Shown here one piece after another: positions 1-11,448 of a DNA stretch of 32,000 nucleotides. Under the pieces are notes generated by a model. The model had not been told where the DNA came from, made no database searches, and saw only the letters and a list, made by a program, of their open reading frames with translations. The position numbers were made by a program, and so were the translations under genes. The DNA comes from Zygophlyctis sp. KS116 (Eukaryota > Fungi > Chytridiomycota), in contig BAAFSQ010000023.1 in assembly GCA_054661495.1 (NCBI GenBank), forward strand, positions 39,810 through 71,809, in the 5' to 3' direction. Positions within the stretch are counted from its first letter, which is position 1; every line of letters begins with the position of its first letter.

Positions 1-594
1 TTAATGCTGTAGAAGTGAGATAGTTTTCCCGACGCAGCCTTAAAGAATCATACTCTGCAAATACCTCATCACTTTTATCACCAAAATGCCTTGTTCCAGA
101 GTATACGAACCCAATATATACGTCCTGATAATGTTTTACTGGAGTCCCTAACAAGGGCACACCAAAAAGTAGCAATTTCTCTAGAGCCACCGGGTCAAGA
201 ATATCATCTGGATCCAGAAAGAGTATAAATGGAGCTCTTGCACTCATTACCCCAGAGTTTCTTGAGCAGGCTAGTCCTTGATTCCACTTATGATGAATTA
301 TTCGGACATCAAAACTTGCATCAACATTAAAAGTGGGATCGGCATCATCGATTATAATAACTTCAAAGTTCCTTAGTGTTTGTGAGGCCAAAGATTCCAG
401 TGTTTCTTTGAACCATTCATGGCTGGCTCTGAAGCTAGGAATAATCACGGACACTAGTGGATCTTTGTCTTCTTCAACAGAAGAGGGTGGTTCATAATTC
501 TATGTCTATAAATATAAAAACAGCGTACTAAATATCGAAAAATTAACGCTGCTAGAATAGTTATCAATATATGATATATTTTAGGTTTTATCAT
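1..594 (-). CDS. Glycosyltransferase family 2 (GT-A) protein with N-terminal membrane anchor; runs off the window edge
   Basis: Manual translation: ATG 594 MIKPKIYHILITILAALIFRYL, intron 500-528 (29 nt), then PLVSVIIPSF...ESLASQTLRNFEVIIIDD...NQGLACSRNSG...FILFLDPDD, the classic GT2 motifs. Missing from the ORF track. Confidence 0.85.
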
Positions 595-613
595 AAATTA
601 AATCTCAGAGGGT

Positions 614-2573
614 TTACACGACTTGGTATGATTTCGTGTATATAAGTGGCATTCCACCAAATTCTTCTGCAAATAAATTAATGCACATTGATCTTGTTAT
701 AAAATGTTCAGGTCTCTTCCATAAACCTTTTTTCAGCTTTTTGGGTTTTGCAATGTCTGCTAAATGTTAGTTTCGGATATTCGCACCTAAGAAAAGGGGT
801 GGAGAATGGGTATGATTTGCAGCCACAAAATTAAACAGAATATCATCACAATTATTGTTTTCATCGACTATCTCTCTAGATCTTCTAACAGATTCGGACA
901 TGTACAATTCAAGCATTTCCCGATGATAAAACAATCCTGATGGAAGAACTATTGAATTTCCAGATATTTCACTTTCAAAACGTCTTCCATAACTGTATTT
1001 TCCATTGTCTTCTTGTAGATGCTTCCTAGCAGTGTTTTTATATCCAACCAGTTGATTAGGAAATCGTTTCCATAAGATAAATGCCTTTTTAATTATTGCA
1101 TGCGGTACTATAATAAGTTTATTTTTTAAATTACTAAAAGCATCATCATCCATATTGATGATACAATCCGTATTAATCTCTGATCTGGGCATAAAACGAT
1201 TATTCATGCTATTAAATGGCATCCGAAGAAATTTTACAGGTACGTCCAGACTTTCCGGCTTTGATATCTATCATTATTATTCGAATTGTAATTACAATTG
1301 GTGGAGATACTTCTGGATTATTCCAAATAACGACAATAGATTTTAAAATATCCAGTTGATGATAAAACTTTACAATGTCTGAAGTTAATCGGAATCTGTC
1401 ATAAACAGTAATAACCATGGTGCAAAGAGAAATACTGTTTTCCAGTTTAGGTATATCCTGCTTTTGCGATTTTAATGAATCGTGTAATTGTTCGCTTGTA
1501 AAATGCTGCTTTATCCATACATTATTTTGAATCAGAGGATGTGATATATTATAAAATGATTTTAGTCTGTCTAGTAGAAAAAGCTTATCATAAGTCGAAT
1601 TATAGAATTTTTTAGGAACCCATCTAACATCATGTAATTCCAATGTTCGTCCCCATCTCATTGTAGGCACTAATAAACCACTTTCGAGATAAGTCTTAAA
1701 AGGCCGATTCATTTCAAATTCATACGGATGTCTAGAACCATCTGGTACTTTTTGACCCAATGCATTTAAATGAAATGATCTCTTTTTCTTCTTCGCTAAA
1801 TTATCCATATTGATCTTGTTTCTATATTTAATATTATTGATTTGAATTGCATATTCTTTAAATATCAACGGAGCAAACATATTTAAAAAATGAGCACATA
1901 AAGACCATTCCCCATTAAATCCTCCTTCTCCTCTTGGAGAAAAAGGAATAAAAAAGTCTACGATAGAATGATGATAAATAACCATTCCAGAATCAAATCC
2001 CGATAGTGGTGCCACTCGTATTTCCTTAAACTTTCTATAAATTCTAGCAGCATTGATTTTGTTTTGAATAAAATAATCATACGGAAAGCTTGCAACGGCA
2101 GGCTTATATTCCCTCAAGGTTTTTGATAATGATTCATGTATATCCCCCCCATTCAATGTATAAAATTGTAAATCATCATCATGTGTGAAATAGTATTCAC
2201 ACTTGTACAATTTCTTTGAAATGATAAGAGCTCTGAAAAGTCCTTGAGCCCATGTTAGCTTAGAATCGTAAGACAAGTGAATATTGTCAAATATGAGTTT
2301 AGTGTTTGCCGATTCCTCTGCGTTCTCTCCCCAAACATTCCAAACAGAGGGGAAGACTCCCGACCATTGCCTATGCATTTTTAAAGCATTACCGACAGTT
2401 TCTGAATTACCAATGATACATACCTGATAACTCGTCTCTTTGGAAAATGATGATACGTGCCATAATAATAGAATAATGATGATAATGATGATTTTTTTAT
2501 AACTCTTGATTTTGCGATGATAGTATTGAATGCAATAGTTTTGAATGCGATGGTGCTGAAAGAGATTGTTCAT
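614..2573 (-). CDS. Type II membrane glycosyltransferase: uncharacterised DxD-type domain plus C-terminal GT64 (exostosin/EXTL-like) domain
   Basis: TM segment IIIIIIILLLW; YYFTHDDDL; GT64 motifs VVIWNN, NSMNNRF, INMDDD, NNCDDILFNF, RSMCINLF. Introns 1268-1295 and 760-786 join the ORFs in frame. Stop TAA at 614-616. Confidence 0.8.
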
Positions 2574-2623
2574 ATTGACTTAAACACGACCTGCGCAACC
2601 ATTAATTATCCGTTGATAAACGC

Positions 2624-3781
2624 ATGGCTACATCCGCTGATAAGAAGCCTTGGAACCAGGTACAGAAATCTCTTCTTCCAAAACCATCATCATACTCTAC
2701 ATTTTCTAGAAAGTAAAAACTTATTACCAGTCTAACAAGAAAGATTGCAATCAGAGACTAAACATTTAGAGGTTGATAACCAGAAAATGGAAGAGAAACT
2801 CAATGCATTCAAAGAATATTTGAAGTCTCAAAAGGAAAAACGCATGTAATATTTATAATCTTAGATTAGACACGCTGATAAGATTTGGTCCGGAGGGGAA
2901 GTCAATAAAGGATCATTATCACAATATGCTCAGAATGTATTGGCTAAAAAGAAGACTTTTAAGAAGGATACAATCTCAAATATTAGTTTTCTTAAAAATG
3001 ATTCTAGTCCAAATCTATTAAATTCGGACAAGAAAAAAGTATTGGATCCAAAGCCTCCTTCTGCTCCAAAAACCAAATCTAAAAGTGAAATACTTGGAAA
3101 GGATCTGGTATATTTTCTATTCTAATTTAAAAGTGGCGAATTCCTTCCTCTTTAGGAAGATATAATAATGACCCGCCTCAGACGAGTTATGCTGAAAGAG
3201 TTAATAGTCTAAATTCATTCAAGTCTACAAAAAAGGATCTAACCTTAAAAAAAGAGAATGTAATTCAATCAGATTCTTTGCTTGAAGGGAGTTATGATGA
3301 AAATAATTCCCATTTATCTTTTCAACAGGCTTTACAAGAATGGCGAGGAGTATCAGACTCTCAAAATACAGAATTCAGTAATAATACAGTCAATGTTCAA
3401 TTAGGATCAACTCAAACTAATTTTGAATTGGAAAATAGAAAAGACTCATTAAAAGAATTGGAAAAAAAGGTTCAAGAGTTGCTCGTGGACGATAAGAGTC
3501 TGTCTTATATGGAAAAACTGTTATTGTCAAAATTAAAGGATTCAACAAATGAAGATTTGAAATTACAAGGTGAAGACTCCAAAGTACAAGATTTAGACTA
3601 TGTCGATCCAATTTTGGAAGAAATGCCTCCTGCTGGATTTGAAAGTTCTGAATTAAATGCTTATGAAACCTCAAAAGTATTTCAAATAATTAGTATAAAA
3701 GAACTTTTGCATGATGAAGATTTCATGCCTGCTCAAGTATTGGATTCAGACAAGATTATAGTGGAGGAACCACTAGAGTAG
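2624..3781 (+). CDS. ZBBX-like ciliary protein, apparently without the B-box
   Basis: Introns 2713-2743, 2846-2869 and 3108-3133 give one continuous frame. Motifs LEVDNQKMEEKL...IWSGG, LLEGSYDENNSHLSFQQALQEWR and SLSYMEKLLL resemble conserved ZBBX blocks as I recall them. Confidence 0.6.
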
Positions 3782-3966
3782 TGATGTCCGAATACGAAAG
3801 TGTGAGGATTTTATAAAAAATAAAAGAAATATGAGATCAAGAAATCATCCTTTATGTAGGAATGATTCATAAGGATCCAGACCGTAGTATGACTCATTAC
3901 AACAATGAACTCTGACGTCGGGCTTAATTCCCCACCTATTTGTTTACTTGTTAATCATAAAGGATA

Positions 3967-4607
3967 ATGAGCGAAATTAAACATATTGACCGGGACAAGT
4001 AATATCATGCAAGTATTTAATAATTAGAATTTACAGCGACTTGGCTTACCGTTTCAACTTTGTAGCTGAAATGGCAAACTTTGGACCAGATGATATTGCT
4101 GCTGTTAAAGGCTCAGCACCTTTATTGGCTCCTTTGGTCCCAGCAGTGGTCGATGCAGTTTATGAACAGCTATTCAAATTCGACATTACTAAACAGCATT
4201 TCCTTCCAAAAACAAAGGATTATGAAGGAAAAGTTGCAAATGATTTGAAAGAATTGAAACTTGACTCTGAGCAAGTAAAGTACAGAAAGGATTTTTTAGG
4301 AAAGTATCTTGTCCGACTGGTTACTGCAGAGTATGATGCTGAGTTCATCAAGTATTTAGATTATGTCGCTAAAATTCATACAAATGCCTCTGGAAGAAAG
4401 GGAGATAAACTATTACAAGTCGATCTTGTACTAGTAAATTCATTATTTGCCTGGTTCCACGGATTTTTGGTGACTGCTCTAGATAGTCATCCCGATCTCC
4501 AATCAAAAGAAGCTCAGCCTACTCGTACGAAAACGATTGCTGCATTTTCAAAACTATTATGGATCCAAAATGATTTCTTCCTCAAGTACTATGTCAATGA
4601 AGCGTAA
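3967..4607 (+). CDS. Protoglobin / sensor-globin family single-domain globin (fungoglobin-like)
   Basis: ATG 3967 MSEIKHIDRD, intron 3999-4027, then YSDLAYRFNFV...VVDAVYEQLFKFDITKQHF...YLDYVAKIHT...AFSKLLWIQNDFF, typical of fungal protoglobins. Confidence 0.85.
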
Positions 4608-4642
4608 AGAGTGACTTTTGGATTAGGATCAGAATACAATTC

Positions 4643-5722
4643 ATGTTTCCTAAAAATACTCTTGCCTGGGTCCATCGTACTGCTGGATCCCCTGAATCTG
4701 TCTTATCCCTTGAGAGTATTTCCCTCCCTGCATGTTCTGCTGATAATTTGGGGCTAAAGTTACTCGGCGCTCCAGTCAATCCTGCTGATCTAAACATGAT
4801 ACAGGGATCATATCCTACAAAATCTCTATATGGGATAGGAGGAAATGAAGGTCTTTGGGAGGTTGAGTATGTTGGATCAAATCTGGTTTCTCAATTCTCA
4901 CAAGGAGATTGGGTAATTCCTGCTTATCAGGGGATTGGGTAAACGATTCTTATTTAATTTGATAGAACTTGGGCAAAACATCGCATATTAGATCCTTCAG
5001 AAATTATAAAAATTCCAAAAAGTACAAACTCTTCAGTCCTTGCAAGTGCTACAGTGTCTGTAAACCCGTGTACAGGTAATAGATTTAATTCATATTTTAG
5101 CATATCGCATGATTTTAGATTTTGTAGCATTAGCTCCTGGTGATGTAATCATTCAAAATGCAGCCAACTCTGGTGTTGGAGAGTCTGTAATTCAATTAGC
5201 AAAATTGTGGGGATTTAAAACCTTTAATATTGTTCGTGACCGGTAAATTATTTGTCTAATCTTGTTAGGAATCCTCAAGAATTAAGAGATCTGACTCAAA
5301 GATTAGTTCAATTGGGTGCATCTATAGTATGTCCTGAATCTCAAGTTCAAACTCCTGCCATGATTCAGGCACTTGCAGCACTAGGACCTCCTCCTAGATT
5401 AGGATTGAATGCAACTGGAGGTCGTAGTGGCCTTAATCTTGCAAGACTTTTAGGAAATGGTGCACAATTTATTACGTTTGGAGGAATGTCTAGAGATCCA
5501 GTATCTTTCCCTACATCCTTGTTTATTTTTAAAGATTTGACTGCAAAAGGATTTTGGTTATCAAGATGGAACTCTGAAAGAGAAAATTTAGAATCACGAC
5601 GTCTCATGTTGAAGGAATTATTACAACTTCAAGACTCTGGGAAACTGATCCCTCCAAAATTACAGACTGTTGATCTAGTTGATCTTTTAAAAAATCTAAG
5701 AAATAAAGTTATAGTTTCATGA
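4643..5722 (+). CDS. ETR1: Mitochondrial trans-2-enoyl-ACP/CoA reductase (MECR/Etr1); 3' end ambiguous, see findings
   Basis: [59 protein letters not shown]. Introns 4939-4965, 5076-5100 and 5243-5268. Confidence 0.9.
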
Positions 5723-5758
5723 AATCTTTAGGGTCCCAAACTTTTTTTGAATTTTGCA

Positions 5759-7276
5759 ATGTCAGCGGCAACTGTTGCGACTAAATCGACTTCACAGGCC
5801 TCTGGTGACTTCAAAAAGAGTAAATATGAACATTAACACAATTAGTTACATTGGCAAGTGTTGCTAAAAAGATATTAAATGGTTATGTAGGATTTAACAA
5901 CTTACCAAATCAAATACATCGACGATACGTCAAGAATGGATTTCAGTTTACATTGATGGTCGTTGGTGAATCTGGGCTCGGAAAAACTACTTTTGTCAAT
6001 ACGCTGTTCAATACCCAAATCTTACCGCCAAAGTCAACTCCTCCAGTCTCTGTTGATGATGTAGCAAAGAAATCAATCTCTGTAGAAGATCATGTTCATC
6101 GTATGATTATTCTGTCTAACTCTAGATCTGGAAGAAAATGGTGTAAAGTTAAAACTAACTGTCATTGATGTTCCTGGTTTTGGAGATGCTTTGAATAATG
6201 AGGATAGTTGGAGACCTATTCTAGAAAATATTGAAGCTCGTTATGATAATTATATGGAACAAGAGTTTCGTGTGGAGAGAAAGGATATGAAAGATCCAAG
6301 AGTACATGCATGTTTGTACTTTATCTCTCCAAGTGGACATTCGTAACTAGATTTATTTAAAATTATAGATTGTCAACTTTGGATGTTGAATTTATGAAGA
6401 ATTTAGGCTCAAGAGTTAATATTATTCCAGTTATTGGAAAGGCTGATACATTGACTGAAGAGGAATTGACAGGATTTAAATCTAGGGTATTTTGCTTTCA
6501 AAATTGATAAAAATTTAGATATTGGATGATATTGCGGCTAATAAAATTGAAATCTTTCAGCCAGTTACTCATAGTGTAGATGATATTTCTACTCAAGAAG
6601 AAAATATGGAAATTATGGTAATTAATTTATTTTGACAAATTATAGTCTAAAATTCCTTTTGCTGTTGTTGGATCAACTACTTTTTATGAAGTTGATGGTA
6701 AAAAGGTTCGAGGGAGAAAATATCCTTGGGGAGTGATTCAAGTAGATAATGAAGAACACTGTGATTTTATAAAGGTTCGACAGCTTCTAATCCGGTAAGA
6801 TGGTTGAAATTAATTAATATAGTTCCTACATGGAAGAACTTCGTGAGCACACAAATAAGGTTCTTTATGAGGCTTATCGTGCTTCCAAGATAAATGAAAG
6901 TGGAGGAATAACTGGATTGCTTACTTCTTCTGGAGATACGTGAGTTTTCAGTATTATAATTATTAGGAATACTTTGGCTCGTTTAGAGCAAAGTAAACTT
7001 GTTCACGATCAGAAAATGGCTAAAATGGAAGCCGAAATGCGTTCAGTCTTTCAACAAAAGGTTTCTGAAAAGGAAGCAAAGCTCAAACAGTCAGAATCTG
7101 AGGTAAAATAATTTTTTTACTCAAATCAGCTTTATGCACGTCACAAAGAAATGAAGGAACAGTTGGAAAAGCAACGCTTAGATCTTGAAGAACGTATCAG
7201 ACGTTTGGACTCTCGACCTGGAACACCTTCTAGACAAGGCGGCTCATGGAAAAAGGGAAATATTTTTAATAAATGA
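5759..7276 (+). CDS. CDC3: Septin, Cdc3/AspB type
   Basis: [12 protein letters not shown]-loop [17 protein letters not shown]-terminal coiled coil [25 protein letters not shown]. Introns 5820-5845, 6101-6125, 6343-6368, 6487-6518, 6618-6645, 6795-6822, 6940-6966 and 7103-7129. Confidence 0.9.
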
Positions 7277-7361
7277 TACGATTATAATTCTCTTTTACAA
7301 AAAGTTAATTGTCAAGATTGATCAAAAGTTTTATTTACAATAAATAAATATATATCTATAT

Positions 7362-7873
7362 CTAATGATCATGGATAAACTGAAATATGACCTCGTCAGA
7401 AATATTTGATTGTCCATTACTAATTTGAGGGATATTTTCTATGTCCCAATTTGATGCAAAGTACGACTTGTGGTAATCCTCGTTATACATATTATTAGGT
7501 TCCGATATTGGAGGATGGAAGACACCAATTGGTGCTTTATTTTGGATATAATCAGGACAAAACATTGGTGATTGTTGCGATGTCGACAATTTCGACGGCT
7601 GAGTCGGTAATGCATCGTGATAACAAGACAAATGCGCAGATATTTGCCGCATAGAATAGTCCTCAAGACCCAAGGCAACTTTAATTATTGCAAGTGAAAG
7701 ACGTCTTTTAAGGCGAGACGCCATCTAAGAGTTGGCACAGTTCAAATTACCTGAGATATTTGCGGCTTCTGTAGCACACGTTGAGTCGCCTTGTAATTTC
7801 TATAGTATGTAGGATCTAGGACAGACTCATCTATTCGCATTTGTCTTTTCGGAACCTCCGTCTTGATTTTCAT
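7362..7873 (-). CDS. Whi5/Nrm1-like G1/S transcription co-repressor
   Basis: Exon 1 7873-7751 (41 codons), intron 7725-7750. Exon 2 begins MASRLKRRLSLAIIKVALGLEDYSMRQI, matching the Whi5 GTB motif (L+xRLxxAxxKxxxG). The remainder is low complexity. Confidence 0.6.
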
Positions 7874-7894
7874 TTCTCGGGTTTTTTATTATTT

Positions 7895-8868
7895 TTAAGA
7901 TTTGCCAAAACTAACCATTGCTTGTTTACTCTTAGCCTTTTGAATCGATTCTTGCTTCATTTCTCTACGTAATATTCTATCAAACTTTGGTTTTAATCTA
8001 ACCAATTGTCCATTGATTCTAAGGGGTATTTTTGATCTAATCTTTTTTCTCTTCTTTGCAATGTCTGCATACCAATCATGAACTAATTGATGCCATGATG
8101 GCGGAAATGGAGATGGTATTTCTACATAGCCGGGTTGTGGAAGAGGAGATCTAAGAAAAACAGTCGAACATGTTGCATAATCAACGTGCAAATATGCAGG
8201 AGTAAACATCCATGGTGACATTCCCCTTAAAGGTCTAAATTTCATCATTTCATCATTCACAAAAGTCTTGCCCTTCTTCTTACTCTCCTGTTTGTCATCC
8301 TCTTTAATTGTTTTTGCTTTAGTACTCTTTCCTTTTTGTGCATCATCATTGGCTGAAACCAATGTCGGAATAATACGAGGATTCACAGTGATCATATCTC
8401 CATCTTCTAACCGCCATCCAGGATATCGACACTAGAGAGATTAAAATAAATTCTTACAGGTAAACCATTCACAGTTACTTGACCCATTACTACTGCTCTT
8501 CTAGCACCAAAAATGCTTTTTGCGAAATGAGATCTAAAAACTACAGTGTCCAATCTACGTTCAATTTCCGCAAATGTAAGGGATTGCATTGGAGGAACCT
8601 TTTCCATATTTTCTCTAGAGAGCTTTTGCGTCGGTAGTTGTGTTTTGAAATGACGTTCCATAAATTGTCTGATAAGAACAAGAGGGAAATGATAAGCCCT
8701 TAAAACTTTTTTTGCTTTCCATCTTTGCTGATAAACAGTCATCTTTGATAAATTAAGCAGATTCAATTGAGAGAGATTATAAGTATTTTTCACATCCCAG
8801 GACATGCGGATGAGTCCTTTAGTCGATGCATAAGGATCAGCAATTCCAACTCTCCAATTTCTTGGCAT
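7895..8868 (-). CDS. NAM9: Mitochondrial ribosomal protein uS4m (Nam9)
   Basis: RMSW...TVYQQRWKAKKVLRAYH, S4 domain ERRLDTVVFRSHFAKSIFGARRAVVMG, PAYLHVDY, EIPSPFP. Intron 8432-8457. Confidence 0.9.
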
Positions 8869-8944
8869 TTTTCTATCCACCCTTTACCTGCGGGCAAACC
8901 CTCAAATATCATAAAACCCTTGAAAAGTAAACAATGATATTAAC

Positions 8945-11248
8945 TCAAAGAACCAGCAAATCAGCATTTCCACCACTTGTAGGATTAATAAGAACAGCTT
9001 CTTCCTTGTTTCTATTGAAATAATCCTGATTTATCAAAACTTTAAGTTTTAATAATTTCTTCAAGTCATCAAACATTTTGCACTGAGCTAGATTTCTATC
9101 GTGAGAATTTTTGACTTGTTTCTGGGTTTCTTTGAGATTTCTTGTCGCATGCTCAGCGTCCAATATTTTTTTTCTATAGAGATCATGGTAGCTTTTAAAG
9201 CCCCGGGATGCCTGTATAGATTCTAAATTAGAATCTGATGAGTTGACATATGTTTTCATTTCATTCAAGACTAGAAATTAAAAATAAATAAATTATACCC
9301 CTATCTTGTGCCGCATCAATTAGACCAAGAGCTTGCTGCAAATAACTGTATCTACTTTGTTCATTTAATATATCTTGTTGGTATGATTTAACTTCTTGTT
9401 CCAGCTGAAGAGATTCTCCATCGATTCCTGAAATAGCAATATCGTAAAGTCGCTTTTTTTCTAGATACTTTGACTCTAATTCTTGGTTTTCTTGTCGAAC
9501 TTGTCGAAGTTCTTGAATTACAGGAGCCAATTTAGCCTTTTTCTGTTCAATAGTGCCTACAAGTTCAGACACTATTCTTGAAATTTCTGCCAGTGTTTTT
9601 CCTTTTGCATCATCTACTCTTTCTTTCTTTTCTGACACTTTTTCCAACGTTTCTTTTGCTTCATGAAATCCAACTATTCCCATTTTCTTTTCAAATTTCT
9701 GTACTAATTTGACAAGATTCTGTTCTTTAGAAGATAATATTTCAATAGTTCTGTTTAAAATAGCCAACTCTGTCGATATACTTGTAAGTTCACCTTTCTT
9801 GAGTTTATAAATATTGGATTTCGCTCTTAACTCATTCACATACTTTTTAAATTCTTCTCCTTTCAACATCTAAACTTTAAGAGACATTTGTTACCTTTAC
9901 GACACCACTATTGTTAGAAGCATTTTGTTTATTTTCTAAATCCGCTTGTATTTTGGACAATACCTCTTGCATCTCTGCAAGTTTTGCTGCAGTTCCGGCC
10001 TTTTTTCTGCCAATAATAACTGATTGCTGGCGAAAGAGTGAAAGTTTTGCATCACCACTCCTAAGATGTTAAGTGGCTATCAATGTTTCATACGTATTCA
10101 TATTCATCCTCTTCTCAGTCATCTTTGCTACTGCTTCATTTGTAGTCTTCAATTGTTTTTCTAAACTTTCTATATCATTTTCTTTTATGTTGGGTTCCAT
10201 GACAACCTTTATCAAGTCTTGAAGTTGCACATTTAATTCACTAATAACCTATTTTTACAATATAATTAGATACTGAGGGTAAGTTCTCTGTTGCTAAATA
10301 CTTGTTTGTTTTCATATCTTCTTCCATTTTAGCAAAATACGCCTCTGGTCCACCTGTTATAAACAAGGCCTGTTCACTTAGTCGATTATAAAAACCTTTG
10401 TATCTTTTAGAATTTGATTTGAATTAACCCATTTCCTTTCCAGATCCGCCATAAACTTCTTTTGTTCCAGTATCCTCTCAGAAATTTCCATTTGATGTTT
10501 CTGTTCCAACCGTAAGTTTTTGGCTTTTTGTAGCCATAATTCCTTTTTTGGCTATTAATTTAGTAAAAGTTATAAAATACAAATCCATCAACTTTACTCT
10601 TAATTTTAGATAATTTAGCAATCAATTGCTGCTTCTCATCTTCCATTTGTTGAATTTCCAATTTTAAATTTGCAGCAGTATTTCCTGTTGGTCGAACAGA
10701 TTCCATAAATTTATGCGTTTCCTTAAATTGTGATTGTAATTCCATCACATTTTGATTTAAAGCAACGATATCTTTTATAAAATAATTTAAAATTACCTTC
10801 ATCCTGTTCCAAATCAGGAGGAATTTCACTTAAATGTAAAAACTGATAGAGATAACATCTCTTCTTAAATGTTTCTACATCAGAGAGTAAAAATACAAGA
10901 ATTGAAAGAAGTAAATTCTTGTTTCCAGCCAACATTTGTTCTTGAAAGACATTACTATTTTTAATAAACTGCAATATACAAATCATTTGCTTCTTTAAAT
11001 TTAAGCATTTGTAAGAAATCAGCCATCCTAATTATAGTGTCTTGAGGATCTTCATAGCGAATATCCACGTTCTTATGCCAACTATTTATATTATCTGCAT
11101 CTAGTACAGCCATGACTTCAGTTATTAATGATATTAGTTGAGGTTGAGTGTAGTCATCATGAAGTTCTATTGAAGATATTATTTTGTTGAATGGTGGCTT
11201 TGAAAGAGCATTAACAACAGACTTTAATTGCAAAGCAGATACGGACAT
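8945..11248 (-). CDS. IFT81: Intraflagellar transport protein 81
   Basis: N-terminal CH-like domain (LSKPPFNK...RMADFLQMLKF, KKRCYL), LSLFRQQSVII, LKGEEFKKYVNELRAKSNIYK, C-terminal FDDLKKLLKLK...ADLLVL. Multiple introns of about 27 nt. Confidence 0.9.
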
Positions 11249-11399
11249 TTTCTTCAAAAGAAATTCAAAAACGCGATTTCACTCAATGGCGAATCGCCTG
11301 CTTAGAAATTTAAAGATTTATTATGATTGATTTAAATAATAGACTAGATCTCTTTCAAGAGAAGATTGTTTAATTTTTTGTAGGGCCGGTGAGGGTTGA

Positions 11400-11423
11400 A
11401 CGCGAAATCGAAAAAACGCGAAA
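11400..11423 (+). promoter_or_regulatory. Two ACGCGAAA (SCB/MCB/E2F-like) sites in the IFT81/ACO1 divergent promoter
   Basis: ACGCGAAA at 11400-11407 and 11416-11423, plus ACGCGA at 11271. CGCG is rare in this AT-rich window. Confidence 0.45.
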
Positions 11424-11448
11424 ACTGTTTTTCTTCAAAAAAGTTAAA

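Noticed and set aside
2590-2635. RFX X-box upstream of the ciliary genes
   Set aside because: Only a half-site (CATGGCTAC) overlapping the start codon, and none convincing at IFT81.
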